From Escherichia phage phiE142, in the sequence record NC_055709.1: a stretch of DNA of 64,000 nucleotides; one strand, 5' to 3'. The position numbers were made by a program, and so were the translations under genes. Positions 20,664 to 29,463 of this stretch are shown here, piece after piece (positions within the stretch are counted from its first letter, which is position 1; each line of letters starts with the position of its first letter). A model generated the notes under the pieces. That model had not been told where the DNA came from. It saw nothing but the letters and a program-made list of their open reading frames with translations, and did no database searches.

Positions 20664-21188
20664 TCATTTTAGCAAAATAAAATCAACTTGTTCTGCCAAT
20701 GAACGTCTAAACATTAATTGACAACTTCCGAGGATGAAATCAGGTGCTTCATAGACCGCGATGTAGTATCCTTTAGCTTTCAAGAGTTCAACATCCACCT
20801 GGTCATCAAACCATGCATAAACCGCGTCAACGCTTTCAAATCCAAAATAGAACCCTTGAGCCCAATCTTCACTCAATTCAAATGTGTGCTCAATTCTATA
20901 GTATCTTAAGATATTTTGTTCAAGGAGTTTGTCTTCATTTACAGTAGGACGATTAGGGACATTATAGTTGTCGCCGTGATGGTAGAAGTTACCTGAGATT
21001 ATTCCATGTTTATCAAGGAACTCCCATGTTTCTTCAGAGTTGTCGGTGCCCGACCAACCGTATGGCGAACGAGGTTCTTTATTCCAAGAGGTTTCCCAAA
21101 TTCTGACGGCTTTACCGTCTTCAATAGCAATTCCTGGTAATGATTCACGTTGAGTACAAAAACTACGTTCTACGCGGTAAACTAACAT
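20664..21188 (-). CDS. Hypothetical early protein (174 aa; T4 motB position)
   Basis: Positional only. Confidence 0.5.
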   Translation of the reverse strand: MLVYRVERSFCTQRESLPGIAIEDGKAVRIWETSWNKEPRSPYGWSGTDNSEETWEFLDKHGIISGNFYHHGDNYNVPNRPTVNEDKLLEQNILRYYRIEHTFELSEDWAQGFYFGFESVDAVYAWFDDQVDVELLKAKGYYIAVYEAPDFILGSCQLMFRRSLAEQVDFILLK

Positions 21189-21214
21189 ATTATTCTCCTC
21201 TGGTTGATATGGTT

Positions 21215-21243
21215 ATAATATCAAAACCAGAGGAGAAGTAAAC
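21215..21243 (-). promoter_or_regulatory. Sigma70-type early promoter-like element inside an inverted repeat
   Basis: Minus strand GTTTAC, 17 nt, TATTAT; 11-bp inverted repeat CTCCTCTGGTT/AACCAGAGGAG (21195-21235) brackets the -10 and contains the downstream ribosome-binding site. Confidence 0.5.
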
Positions 21244-21247
21244 AACT

Positions 21248-21667
21248 TTATGCGAAAGCCGCCGGGCTATATTTTTTAATTTGGAATTCAGGAACTACCA
21301 TGAACTGACCAGCGAAAACGATGTTATAAAGCTTAACACCATCTTCTACCCAACGGTCGCTAATAAATCCGGCGATTTGCTTAGTTTTCCATGGCGTTCC
21401 ATCGGTTGCCGCAGCAATAGTGAATTCGTGGTCTTTTTCAACAGAAACTGATCTGCATAGTCCCCATTTGAACGCTTTTTCTTCTGGTTCAATGAATTGG
21501 CTTGAGACGTAGCCAATGTTGCCATCAGCATCACGAACTTTAACTTGATGTGGACTAAAGAGTCCACAACTTACAGAAAGAACTTCAACCAACTTCCCAG
21601 CAACTTTAGAGCGAGAAGCAACAGGTACATATACGTAATCACCTGTAGAGAGATTTGCAATATTCAT
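21248..21667 (-). CDS. Paralogue family protein (139 aa)
   Basis: Shares SRSKVAGKLVEV N-terminal block and C-terminal GFISD.WVEDG.KLYNIVF.G.F.VV block with the next ORF. Confidence 0.55.
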   Translation of the reverse strand: MNIANLSTGDYVYVPVASRSKVAGKLVEVLSVSCGLFSPHQVKVRDADGNIGYVSSQFIEPEEKAFKWGLCRSVSVEKDHEFTIAAATDGTPWKTKQIAGFISDRWVEDGVKLYNIVFAGQFMVVPEFQIKKYSPAAFA

Positions 21668-21676
21668 AATAATTCC

Positions 21677-22162
21677 TTAAGCTTTACGAGGAGACACATA
21701 GCGAGTGATTTCAGATTCTTCAACAACTCGGAAGTCACCTAAGAATACAATATTGTATAGCTTTTTACCATCTTCAACCCATTGGTCACTAATGAAGCCA
21801 CACATAGTATCAGTTTTGCTTGGATAACCGTATTCATCGATGAAGTCAAATTCTTTATCAGTCTGGAATTCAACACCTTTACACAGGGCCCATTTGAACT
21901 GTACATTATGCTCTGTGGATTCAACTTTTTCTCTTGAAGCAAAAGCACTACTCACAGGCATTTCCAAGAACTTTGCACGAACATAAGCAAATTTGGTTTC
22001 CTGTGTCCCAAAACTAGGAATAATACGAACTTTTACCTCAGAATCTTCATCTTTAACGCCTTCTTTAAGTTGAATACTTACAACTTCGACCAATTTTCCT
22101 GCGGCTTTAGAACGAGATTTGTTAGATACGCGAAAGATTTCACCAATAATACCAAGATTCAT
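21677..22162 (-). CDS. Paralogue family protein (about 161 aa from internal ATG)
   Basis: Same conserved blocks; start taken at MNLGIIG with AGAGAGAGAAA ribosome-binding site, as the track N-terminus runs over promoter sequence. Confidence 0.55.
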   Translation of the reverse strand: MNLGIIGEIFRVSNKSRSKAAGKLVEVVSIQLKEGVKDEDSEVKVRIIPSFGTQETKFAYVRAKFLEMPVSSAFASREKVESTEHNVQFKWALCKGVEFQTDKEFDFIDEYGYPSKTDTMCGFISDQWVEDGKKLYNIVFLGDFRVVEESEITRYVSPRKA

Positions 22163-22224
22163 AATTTCTCTCTCTTTGTTTAAATTGAATTCACTATACT
22201 CCATCCATCCTTGGATGTACAACA

Positions 22225-22719
22225 TTAATTAAGGATATTAACCACAGCACTACGTGGAACTACACTAAAATCACCTGCATGAACAACGTTCAGAAGTTCA
22301 ACACCGTCTTCAATCCACTGGTCAGTTACCCATCCATTTACTGGACCTGTGAACGGGCGTCGAATTGAAACATATTTACACAGCAAATCAGTAGGCTCAA
22401 TAGGCTTAATCAGAGTACCGTACATACAAGCGATATCCATATCAATACAGATGTCTTTAACGGGTTCTACTTCTTCAATCAACAGTTCAAAGTCTGTGCT
22501 TGGAAGGGCGGTAGTAGAAATTGTACCATATGAATTTTTAATTTCTAAGAATAACCAAGGGCCTTCAGCTTGTTTGATGAAGTTAACAATAGTGAAACTA
22601 TTGCCTTGAGTGGCACCTAAAATTTCACAAAACTTTTCGTAAGCTCGCACTGAAGCACTGTACCAGTTGATTTGTTTTTCGTCTTTCAGGATGTAAGTAG
22701 CCGTAGTATTGATATTCAT
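22225..22719 (-). CDS. Paralogue family protein (164 aa, divergent)
   Basis: C-terminal block W.TDQWIEDGVELLNVVHAGDFSVV related to the two ORFs above. Confidence 0.5.
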   Translation of the reverse strand: MNINTTATYILKDEKQINWYSASVRAYEKFCEILGATQGNSFTIVNFIKQAEGPWLFLEIKNSYGTISTTALPSTDFELLIEEVEPVKDICIDMDIACMYGTLIKPIEPTDLLCKYVSIRRPFTGPVNGWVTDQWIEDGVELLNVVHAGDFSVVPRSAVVNILN

Positions 22720-22750
22720 AATGTTTTTCCTGTTTGGTTAAGATAGAAAG

Positions 22751-22781
22751 ATTATACTCCAACCATCCTTGGTTGTAAACT
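22751..22781 (-). repeat. 31-nt promoter cassette, copy 1 (identical to 63501-63531)
   Basis: ATTATACTCCAACCATCCTTGGTTGTAAACT on plus text; minus strand GTTTAC, 18 nt, TATAAT; spacer has internal palindrome CAACCA..TGGTTG. Confidence 0.6.
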
Positions 22782-22785
22782 GATT

Positions 22786-23463
22786 TTATCGCTGTTTTAC
22801 ACTTAACGGGTCAGGATTCTCAGGGACATCTTCAAGGCCAAGCGCATAACGCTGAGCATATTTTAACATCAAAATATCTTTAGCACAATCATGAATACTA
22901 TCATGGGCAACGAATCCTTTTAGCGTACCCATCGGTAATGGACACATACTTAATCCTCGTGTCAACGAGTAAGCTTCGATTGCCGTACGAATATCGCGTT
23001 GAGCCCAGAATTTAACCGGTTCTAATTTATCAGTATCAATCTCTGGTTCAAGAACACCTTCATCACGATAGAGATCACGAATCAAATCGACCAAGATCGG
23101 GAAGTCAAAGCTCATACCACGGCACCACATTTGCGATTTCCATTGGTCAACTTTATTAGCTCGACAATAATCTAAAAAGATTTTAATGCCTTCAAGCGTA
23201 GTGACATCGTCTTCAGACGGAGCCAGGTTTTTACGTGCTTCTGCTGATTGTTCTTTCCACCATTTCATAGTGGATTTAGCGAAAACTCGCTTCCCTTTTT
23301 GAGAAGCTAAATTAAATTTAATTCGCTTACCTCGTTGAACAAGTTCTTCAAATGATTCAACAACTTCAGGGTCGGAATTATATGCAATAACCGCCAGGTC
23401 AATAACAGCCGCTTTTGATGTATTGCCGAATGTTTCAAAATCTATAATAACATCAGTGCTCAT
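22786..23463 (-). CDS. dexA: Exonuclease A (DexA), DEDDh family
   Basis: 225 aa; IIDFETFG exo motif, FVAHDSIHDCAKDILM block as in T4 DexA. Confidence 0.8.
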   Translation of the reverse strand: MSTDVIIDFETFGNTSKAAVIDLAVIAYNSDPEVVESFEELVQRGKRIKFNLASQKGKRVFAKSTMKWWKEQSAEARKNLAPSEDDVTTLEGIKIFLDYCRANKVDQWKSQMWCRGMSFDFPILVDLIRDLYRDEGVLEPEIDTDKLEPVKFWAQRDIRTAIEAYSLTRGLSMCPLPMGTLKGFVAHDSIHDCAKDILMLKYAQRYALGLEDVPENPDPLSVKQR

Positions 23464-23472
23464 AATTTTCTC

Positions 23473-24786
23473 TCAAATAAAATGGACGTCAAAACGACCA
23501 CGAGTTGTGCCGACATACAATAGTTGTTTAGCTAATTCTGAATCGGCATAATGGATACACGGTGTATAAACAAAGGCCGTGTCAACAGACATACCCTGAG
23601 CCTTATGGAAGGTTGATACTGGTAGTGCCTTCACCTTAGTGAACATGCGTTTAGCATCCCAGAATTCGCTCCATGGGGCTTTACCACCTTTATTCCAGAA
23701 TTTATATGTTTCTGCTGTCTTAGCCAAAAACAAATTGAATTTATAAAGCTCTTCTTCAGAAGAAATAACCTTTATATCTTCGCGGATGTATTCTTCATCA
23801 TCCCCATATGTTTCTACTGTAAGATTCCAGTATCGTATCATATATTCGCCTGAAACACCACGTGCTTTAACGAATGTAGACGTTTCTACAGCATCTCGAA
23901 TACGAACGAATTGTCCGTTATTGAAAAGCATTTCGGTCATATTTTTGCCATCTAGCTTGTATGTCTTAGTAAATGGCTCTTGTAGAACAATGACTTCGTC
24001 TTTAATAAATGGCTTTTCTGTTTCAAGAAGTTTTCGGCGAATAATTGAATTTAACTTGTCCACCGACTTATTTGTGAATGCCATCATTCGATTTTCGAAA
24101 AGGTCTTCAGGAGTTTTAACGACATTAAAATAGTTCATCATATACGATTTAAGGTCTGTATATCCATGAACACCATGTCCGTCAACTACTTTATCATAAA
24201 TCCATTTGCCATTACGAATATCGGTCGCAACATCAATAATTGGTGCATTGCTACGTTTAACTTCTGTAAGGTTGCATTGCACGAAGTCTTTGTGAGTGAA
24301 GAAAGGACTTAGATATGCAGTGGATTCGCCGGGGTCGACCGGACGAATCTGACATCGGTCACCGATTCCAATTACTGTACACCATTTAGGGATACTAGCT
24401 AACATTATTTTAAACAGAGAACGGTCGCACATTGACGCTTCATCAAATAACAGTACACGACACAAGGCTAAGTCTGGAACCTTTTTCTGTTCAAATAATA
24501 CGTTTTCTTCGTATGTAGTTGGGTTGATTTTAAGAATGCTATGAATAGTCGATGCTTCTTGTCCAGCAAGTTTGCTTAGAACCTTTTTAGCAGCATGTGT
24601 AGGGGCTGCTAAAATAATACCTGATTCTCCAGAAGAAATAAGGGCTTCAACGATGAATCTAGTAAGAGTTGTTTTACCTGTACCAGCAGGTCCATTAATA
24701 GTTACGTGATGTTTCTTTTCTTTAATAGCTTTCATAACAACATTGAAGGCGTTTTTCTGGCCTTCAGTCAAATCATCAAATGTCAT
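23473..24786 (-). CDS. dda: Dda DNA helicase (SF1B)
   Basis: 437 aa MTFDDLTEGQKNAFN...GPAGTGKTT; matches T4 Dda throughout. Confidence 0.92.
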   Translation of the reverse strand: MTFDDLTEGQKNAFNVVMKAIKEKKHHVTINGPAGTGKTTLTRFIVEALISSGESGIILAAPTHAAKKVLSKLAGQEASTIHSILKINPTTYEENVLFEQKKVPDLALCRVLLFDEASMCDRSLFKIMLASIPKWCTVIGIGDRCQIRPVDPGESTAYLSPFFTHKDFVQCNLTEVKRSNAPIIDVATDIRNGKWIYDKVVDGHGVHGYTDLKSYMMNYFNVVKTPEDLFENRMMAFTNKSVDKLNSIIRRKLLETEKPFIKDEVIVLQEPFTKTYKLDGKNMTEMLFNNGQFVRIRDAVETSTFVKARGVSGEYMIRYWNLTVETYGDDEEYIREDIKVISSEEELYKFNLFLAKTAETYKFWNKGGKAPWSEFWDAKRMFTKVKALPVSTFHKAQGMSVDTAFVYTPCIHYADSELAKQLLYVGTTRGRFDVHFI

Positions 24787-25094
24787 CGTAAAGTCCCTGC
24801 AATTGGAATACTAACAATACGACCCGTGTCCAGGATTCGTTGATATAATCTTTGCGTCTCCGCATCTAGTTTAACGTGTTTCATTTCAAGCTTATTAAAC
24901 CAGAACTTACGCGGAGTTTCGACCATTCTTAGAACTCCCATTTTTAAATCTGTTTTATACTGTGTTTTCAAAGTATCGAAAACTTTATCTGCAATATCCT
25001 TTCTAAAAAATACTGCAGGACGGTATTCATCAAGAGGAACCGGGACAGTAAATCCTTCCATATCTCGATAAACTATTGCATATACATAAACCAT
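24783..25094 (-). CDS. Hypothetical protein (103 aa; dda.1 position)
   Basis: ORF overlapping dda start. Confidence 0.5.
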   Translation of the reverse strand: MVYVYAIVYRDMEGFTVPVPLDEYRPAVFFRKDIADKVFDTLKTQYKTDLKMGVLRMVETPRKFWFNKLEMKHVKLDAETQRLYQRILDTGRIVSIPIAGTLR

Positions 25095-25096
25095 AA

Positions 25097-25843
25097 TTAA
25101 CCTTTAATCAGTTGGAATAATGATGCGCTAAGTGGTAAGCCACGTTTCAATTTTAATTTACCAATGAAACCAATCTTTTCAAAACGTTGCAAACCTTGGA
25201 TAACTTTATCATATGTATCGAAAAGCGATTCAGCGTCAGTTAATTTAGTTTTAGTTTTCCAGTCAGAGCCTTTAAGAAGAACGTTGAGTTTAGTAAGTTC
25301 ATGTCCTTCTGCTTGATGTGAACCATTAATGCGTGCTTTCAAAGCAACAATTCTAAGTTTAGACTCGTTAGATAAAGGTTGATTTTTCATCATGTTCGCC
25401 ATATGCTTAACACGATTTTCACGTTTTGCTCGGATTTTTAAAATAGTACCATAAACCTTTTTGATTTGGGCCCATTTCTTCTCGTCGAGATTAAGTTTCT
25501 CTACTTTACGGGCAGAAGGATTAGCGATACGTCTTGCAATGGCATCACGTTTCTCAATAAGTTCTTCTAATGTTAAATCAGAACGAGCCGTGTTATATTT
25601 TTTCTTAACTGGGATAACATTACCTTTTATGTAGCCGATATCGTTATTAAAACGTTCTAAGGATAATTTCTCACCTTCAACAGAGTTATTGAAAGATTCA
25701 CCTGAGTAAGCGCAGACCTTTTGATCAAGAATGTTTTTAAGATAATTAAAGTCTAAGTTAAAATCCTTAGAGCGTCTCTTCGCAGAAGCTCTGGTGTGGT
25801 CAAGACGACGATTGATTTTGTTAATTTTATTATTTGATAACAT
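25097..25843 (-). CDS. srd: Srd-like protein
   Basis: 248-aa basic protein at the T4 srd position downstream of dda. Confidence 0.55.
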   Translation of the reverse strand: MLSNNKINKINRRLDHTRASAKRRSKDFNLDFNYLKNILDQKVCAYSGESFNNSVEGEKLSLERFNNDIGYIKGNVIPVKKKYNTARSDLTLEELIEKRDAIARRIANPSARKVEKLNLDEKKWAQIKKVYGTILKIRAKRENRVKHMANMMKNQPLSNESKLRIVALKARINGSHQAEGHELTKLNVLLKGSDWKTKTKLTDAESLFDTYDKVIQGLQRFEKIGFIGKLKLKRGLPLSASLFQLIKG

Positions 25844-25995
25844 AATATTTTCCTCTGTCTTACGGACGTTAGGTCATTTAGCTGATAAGCTTATAATATC
25901 ATGCCCTCAGGTAGTGTACACTCTTTTTTCGTAAAATGCTTTAATTTTTTATGTGTTATAATGGTTCTGAGTTCCATCCGGTTATTCCAATCCAG

Positions 25996-26604
25996 TCAGT
26001 AACTGACAATAGTCAGATTCCAGATTGTATAATTTCCGTCTTGAATAATAGAATCTACACGCAGTGTAGTCCCTATAGGGAGCATAAATTCACATTCGTC
26101 AGATATAAGTCTAGCATTAGACCGTCTTGTCGCTTCAGGGAAAGCTCCATTGAACTCACAAGATGGCGCAGCCAGAATCATGTTAAGCATATGTTCACGG
26201 AAGTTGAAAGCAAATGGTGCATCTTTGATGCAGAACATATTAAATGTTCCATAAAAATTATATGAAGCGAAGTTACGTGCTACACTGAACACCGGGCTGA
26301 AGCTCATTACTCTGTCAAATTTAATAATACTACCAACATCTTTATCATCAAGTGTGGCCATAGTTTTCTTAGAGATTCCACGATACATTGTCTCAGGAAC
26401 AGAAGACGACCAATTTCTACGAACAATTGCACTTAAATCTTGTTGGATGCTATCAGGCTTGTTTTCCATACACTGCCATAGTACACTTTGTTCAATGTCG
26501 CTGAATTGCTCATCGATTTTGTACTGAAGCATATCTTGATAATCTGGACATTGAGCACGTCGAACCATTTCCTCAATTTCACATTCATTATACGGCATAA
26601 ACAT
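25996..26604 (-). CDS. ADP-ribosyltransferase ModA/ModB-like
   Basis: 202 aa at the T4 modA/modB position; only one copy present. Confidence 0.55.
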   Translation of the reverse strand: MFMPYNECEIEEMVRRAQCPDYQDMLQYKIDEQFSDIEQSVLWQCMENKPDSIQQDLSAIVRRNWSSSVPETMYRGISKKTMATLDDKDVGSIIKFDRVMSFSPVFSVARNFASYNFYGTFNMFCIKDAPFAFNFREHMLNMILAAPSCEFNGAFPEATRRSNARLISDECEFMLPIGTTLRVDSIIQDGNYTIWNLTIVSY

Positions 26605-27012
26605 TTAGGTTTCTCCTGTGGTTGATAAAGGTATAGTATCATCATCGGAAGAGTTTGTACACTAAAAATTCAACATTTTCAAATGAATGATTTTGTATAA
26701 TCGAGATAAAGGGATATATTCCAAGTCTTCAATTTCCACAATCTCAAATCTAGAGATACCTGAGACCATGTACTCTTGTTCAGATTGACATGTCATGATA
26801 GACCTCCGTTTAAAGATAAGTCTATCATAACATAAGAGGAGGGGTTGTAAACTACTTTTTAAGCTTTCCGACTAAAGGTCCATCAGGCCCAGGTTGTTCT
26901 AACATGAATGGTGATGCTTTAAGAAGCAATGTCAACCCTTTCACCATTCGATACCATATCTCAAAGTCCTTTTTCTTGGTTTCCACTAAGAATTGCTCTT
27001 TCAAATGCTCTT

Positions 27013-27201
27013 TCATTTCCAAGGACTCCACGGTGGTGGGTCGTCATAATAAGAGGCAAGGTCTTTCAGGACTTCTAATGGTAAACTAAAACCATGGCGT
27101 TGTATAATACTATCAATTTCATTGACAAGATCACCACGTTGTTCTTTAGGAGCCTTGACTTCAGGCTCATCAAACATACTCATCAAGTCCATATTATTCA
27201 C
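27013..27201 (-). CDS. Hypothetical protein (62 aa)
   Basis: ORF only. Confidence 0.4.
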   Translation of the reverse strand: MNNMDLMSMFDEPEVKAPKEQRGDLVNEIDSIIQRHGFSLPLEVLKDLASYYDDPPPWSPWK

Positions 27202-27658
27202 CGAGATAAAAACTAGCCGGTTCAGAGAATGTTTCTAGTGCTACACCTTTTGTCTTAAAAAATTTCCAAATAGCTCGTTGCAAATGGGTTAAATCTGCTA
27301 ATGATGTAATAAAGTATTTTTTGGCAAAATACTTATGGTCTCGCTTTTCAAACAAGTCTAAACGCTTTTCAGGATTCACATAAACAGCATTTTCTGTAGA
27401 TTCGTACCCTAAGTCCTTTATGCCTTCTTCAAGACTAAACGGAGAATTTTTAGAATGAGTAATAGCTCCAACTCGCTCTACACGAATTTTGTAACCTTTA
27501 GGAATCTGCAATTTGCAGAATTCTTCTACGATATATTGCGGATTATTTAGACTTTTGTTAATGAGAATAGCTATTTCTAGCGGAGTCTTATCTTCTACTG
27601 GTATATGTTTAAACGACTTGGCTTCAAGCAAATACATTTTAAATAGCATAGCATCCAT
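27194..27658 (-). CDS. Hypothetical protein (154 aa)
   Basis: ORF only. Confidence 0.5.
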   Translation of the reverse strand: MDAMLFKMYLLEAKSFKHIPVEDKTPLEIAILINKSLNNPQYIVEEFCKLQIPKGYKIRVERVGAITHSKNSPFSLEEGIKDLGYESTENAVYVNPEKRLDLFEKRDHKYFAKKYFITSLADLTHLQRAIWKFFKTKGVALETFSEPASFYLGE

Positions 27659-27833
27659 TATAATTTCCTCAATGGTTCACCCATATAAAGTTTTACAATA
27701 CGTTCGCCTTCATCTTCGACGAGCTTTTCTTCATGTTTCTGGAATTCTTTAGCCATATTCTCTTCAAGAACATCCAGCCAATCTTCTGGACCGACACCAT
27801 CATTCAAGCTTTTAAACCATTTTACTATTCTGT

Positions 27834-28082
27834 TCATTCACAGCTCCCTGAGCTTGAACTACAATCAGAATCACTTGTCCCAGAATCACCAGGCCAAGAC
27901 GATACGTATGAATGATTATAACTTGAAGAGCTTGAAGCATTAACCTGTTTTGTTTTTGGACGAATAACTTCTTCCATCATTCCGTCACCGATATATTCCC
28001 AACTTTTTTCATGTGTATCAGGAATAGGCATCATCCCTTCGCCTGGTTTAGCAGCAAAAAACTTCTTCAGCATCGTAAGCAT
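27834..28082 (-). CDS. Hypothetical protein with Ser-rich C-terminus
   Basis: Start taken at internal ATG (MLTMLKK) to limit overlap with upstream ORF. Confidence 0.4.
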   Translation of the reverse strand: MLTMLKKFFAAKPGEGMMPIPDTHEKSWEYIGDGMMEEVIRPKTKQVNASSSSSYNHSYVSSWPGDSGTSDSDCSSSSGSCE

Positions 28083-28275
28083 TAATTGTTCCTCGAACAA
28101 AACGAACACCACCATCATCCCAACGGATTTCGGCATTAAATTTGACGTCTTCACCATCCATCATGAATGAGTGTACGACTACATCATCGTAGTATCCAAG
28201 ACCATATTTCAACGAAACTTCTTGTGCAATCAAAGCACCTAATGTGTTATTAGGTTTAATCCAACGATTTAACAT
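28048..28275 (-). CDS. Hypothetical protein (75 aa)
   Basis: ORF with AGAGGAGAA ribosome-binding site, promoter-like element upstream. Confidence 0.45.
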   Translation of the reverse strand: MLNRWIKPNNTLGALIAQEVSLKYGLGYYDDVVVHSFMMDGEDVKFNAEIRWDDGGVRFVRGTINAYDAEEVFCC

Positions 28276-28303
28276 ATTGTTCTCCTCTTGAGTAAGTAAG
28301 AAT

Positions 28304-28332
28304 ATCTTAACATAGTTTTTAGTGGATGTAAA
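28304..28332 (-). promoter_or_regulatory. Early promoter-like element
   Basis: Minus strand GTTTAC, 17 nt, TAAGAT (weak -10). Confidence 0.35.
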
Positions 28333-28336
28333 CTCT

Positions 28337-28368
28337 AAAAACGAAAAAAGGAATCCCGAAGGATTCCT
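28337..28368 (-). terminator. Rho-independent terminator after soc
   Basis: Minus strand AGGAATCCTTCGGGATTCCT followed by TTTTTTCGTTTTT. Confidence 0.65.
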
Positions 28369-28376
28369 TAAATTAT

Positions 28377-28613
28377 TTAACCACTTACTGGTGTAGGGGT
28401 AAACATTGCGGCGTTCTTAGTACGCCAATCTGCTGCGTCAGTCACCACAGTAGTGTAAGCAGCTTTTTCAGATGGGAAAGTCTGATAATGAGCATCAGCA
28501 ATCCGATGTTCGTTTGAATAAATCTCAAACGGTACAGAAACTTCCATACCTTTAACTTCTTTACCTTCACCCGCAGGATGCGTAAAGGTTTTGATGTTTA
28601 CATAACCACCCAT
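28377..28613 (-). CDS. soc: Small outer capsid protein Soc
   Basis: 78 aa; GYVNIKTF...AHYQTFPSEKAAY matches T4 Soc. Confidence 0.8.
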   Translation of the reverse strand: MGGYVNIKTFTHPAGEGKEVKGMEVSVPFEIYSNEHRIADAHYQTFPSEKAAYTTVVTDAADWRTKNAAMFTPTPVSG

Positions 28614-28654
28614 AATTAACTCCTTTGTTGTTTAATTACAGGTGTATTTATAAC

Positions 28655-29176
28655 TTAATATCCGTTGTCCTGGCGTTCAAAGTTGTGTTGGTTTTTCAAG
28701 TAGTAAAGTTTAAAGATTTCTTCAGCAGAAAGACCCAGACCTTGGAACATATTCAGAACAAAGTGCAGAATATCAATCATTTCGAATTTAATTTCGAGCT
28801 GGTCTTCAGGAGACAGTTCATCGATACGACGATTTCGATATTCAGCATGTTGTGCTTTCCATGGCTTCCATACACTGCTGGCGGCTTTTTCACCATTGCT
28901 CATACCACCAAGTGAAGTCAGCAGTTCACGGAATTCATCATCAATATAATCTTTCTGATTACGCAGCCAATCAACAACATCGCCGGCAGTAGCCAATTCA
29001 TCAGGATGTTTGTTATGTTCAGGCTTGTCATTTGCCAGACGAACCTGTAAAGATTTCTGCATATCAAGCATTACCTGCAGTGGGTCTTTATCTTCGTGAA
29101 TCAGAGCATTAAAATAAGCTTCTTCTGCTTTATCAACACCAGAAATAAGTTGTGAACATTCGTTAAAGTGTGCCAT
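28655..29176 (-). CDS. 56: dCTP pyrophosphatase gp56 (MazG-like)
   Basis: Start at MAHFNEC as in T4 gp56; DELATAGDVVDW, EIKFE.IDI.HFVLNMF blocks. Confidence 0.8.
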   Translation of the reverse strand: MAHFNECSQLISGVDKAEEAYFNALIHEDKDPLQVMLDMQKSLQVRLANDKPEHNKHPDELATAGDVVDWLRNQKDYIDDEFRELLTSLGGMSNGEKAASSVWKPWKAQHAEYRNRRIDELSPEDQLEIKFEMIDILHFVLNMFQGLGLSAEEIFKLYYLKNQHNFERQDNGY

Positions 29177-29265
29177 TATTTTTCCTTTCAATTCAGTATA
29201 AGAGAGTTTAATTCTAACATTAATTTTATAAAGCGTAATAAATAATAGGTAACTAAGGAGATATT

Positions 29266-29463
29266 ATGTTTAAACTTCCATCGTTAATCAACGCTATTAA
29301 AGGCAATAAAAAGAAAACTGCTATCGCTGCAATAGTTGTAGGTGGCATTATTTCATGGAACTTCGGTATCGCACCGGTGTTAGTTGCTAATGGTATTATA
29401 GTTCCTTCTGTTCCGTTGGATACTGTAGTTGACCTAGCTTTTGCTGTTATAGGGTTAGTCTAA
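29266..29463 (+). CDS. Small hydrophobic protein (65 aa) on the plus strand
   Basis: Strong AAGGAG ribosome-binding site 7 nt before ATG; Lys-rich N-terminus then hydrophobic stretch; lies between genes 56 and 61, overlapping the gene 61 stop. Confidence 0.4.
   Translation: MFKLPSLINAIKGNKKKTAIAAIVVGGIISWNFGIAPVLVANGIIVPSVPLDTVVDLAFAVIGLV

Noticed and set aside
21677-22225. Long N-terminal extension of the 182-aa ORF
   Set aside because: The first 21 codons run across the promoter element; a downstream ATG with a good ribosome-binding site gives a protein matching its paralogue, so the shorter start was used.
26605-27012. A second ADP-ribosyltransferase gene (modB) downstream of the ModA-like gene
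   Set aside because: Only short ORFs (under 62 aa) and promoter-like elements are present; no second ART-like reading frame was found.
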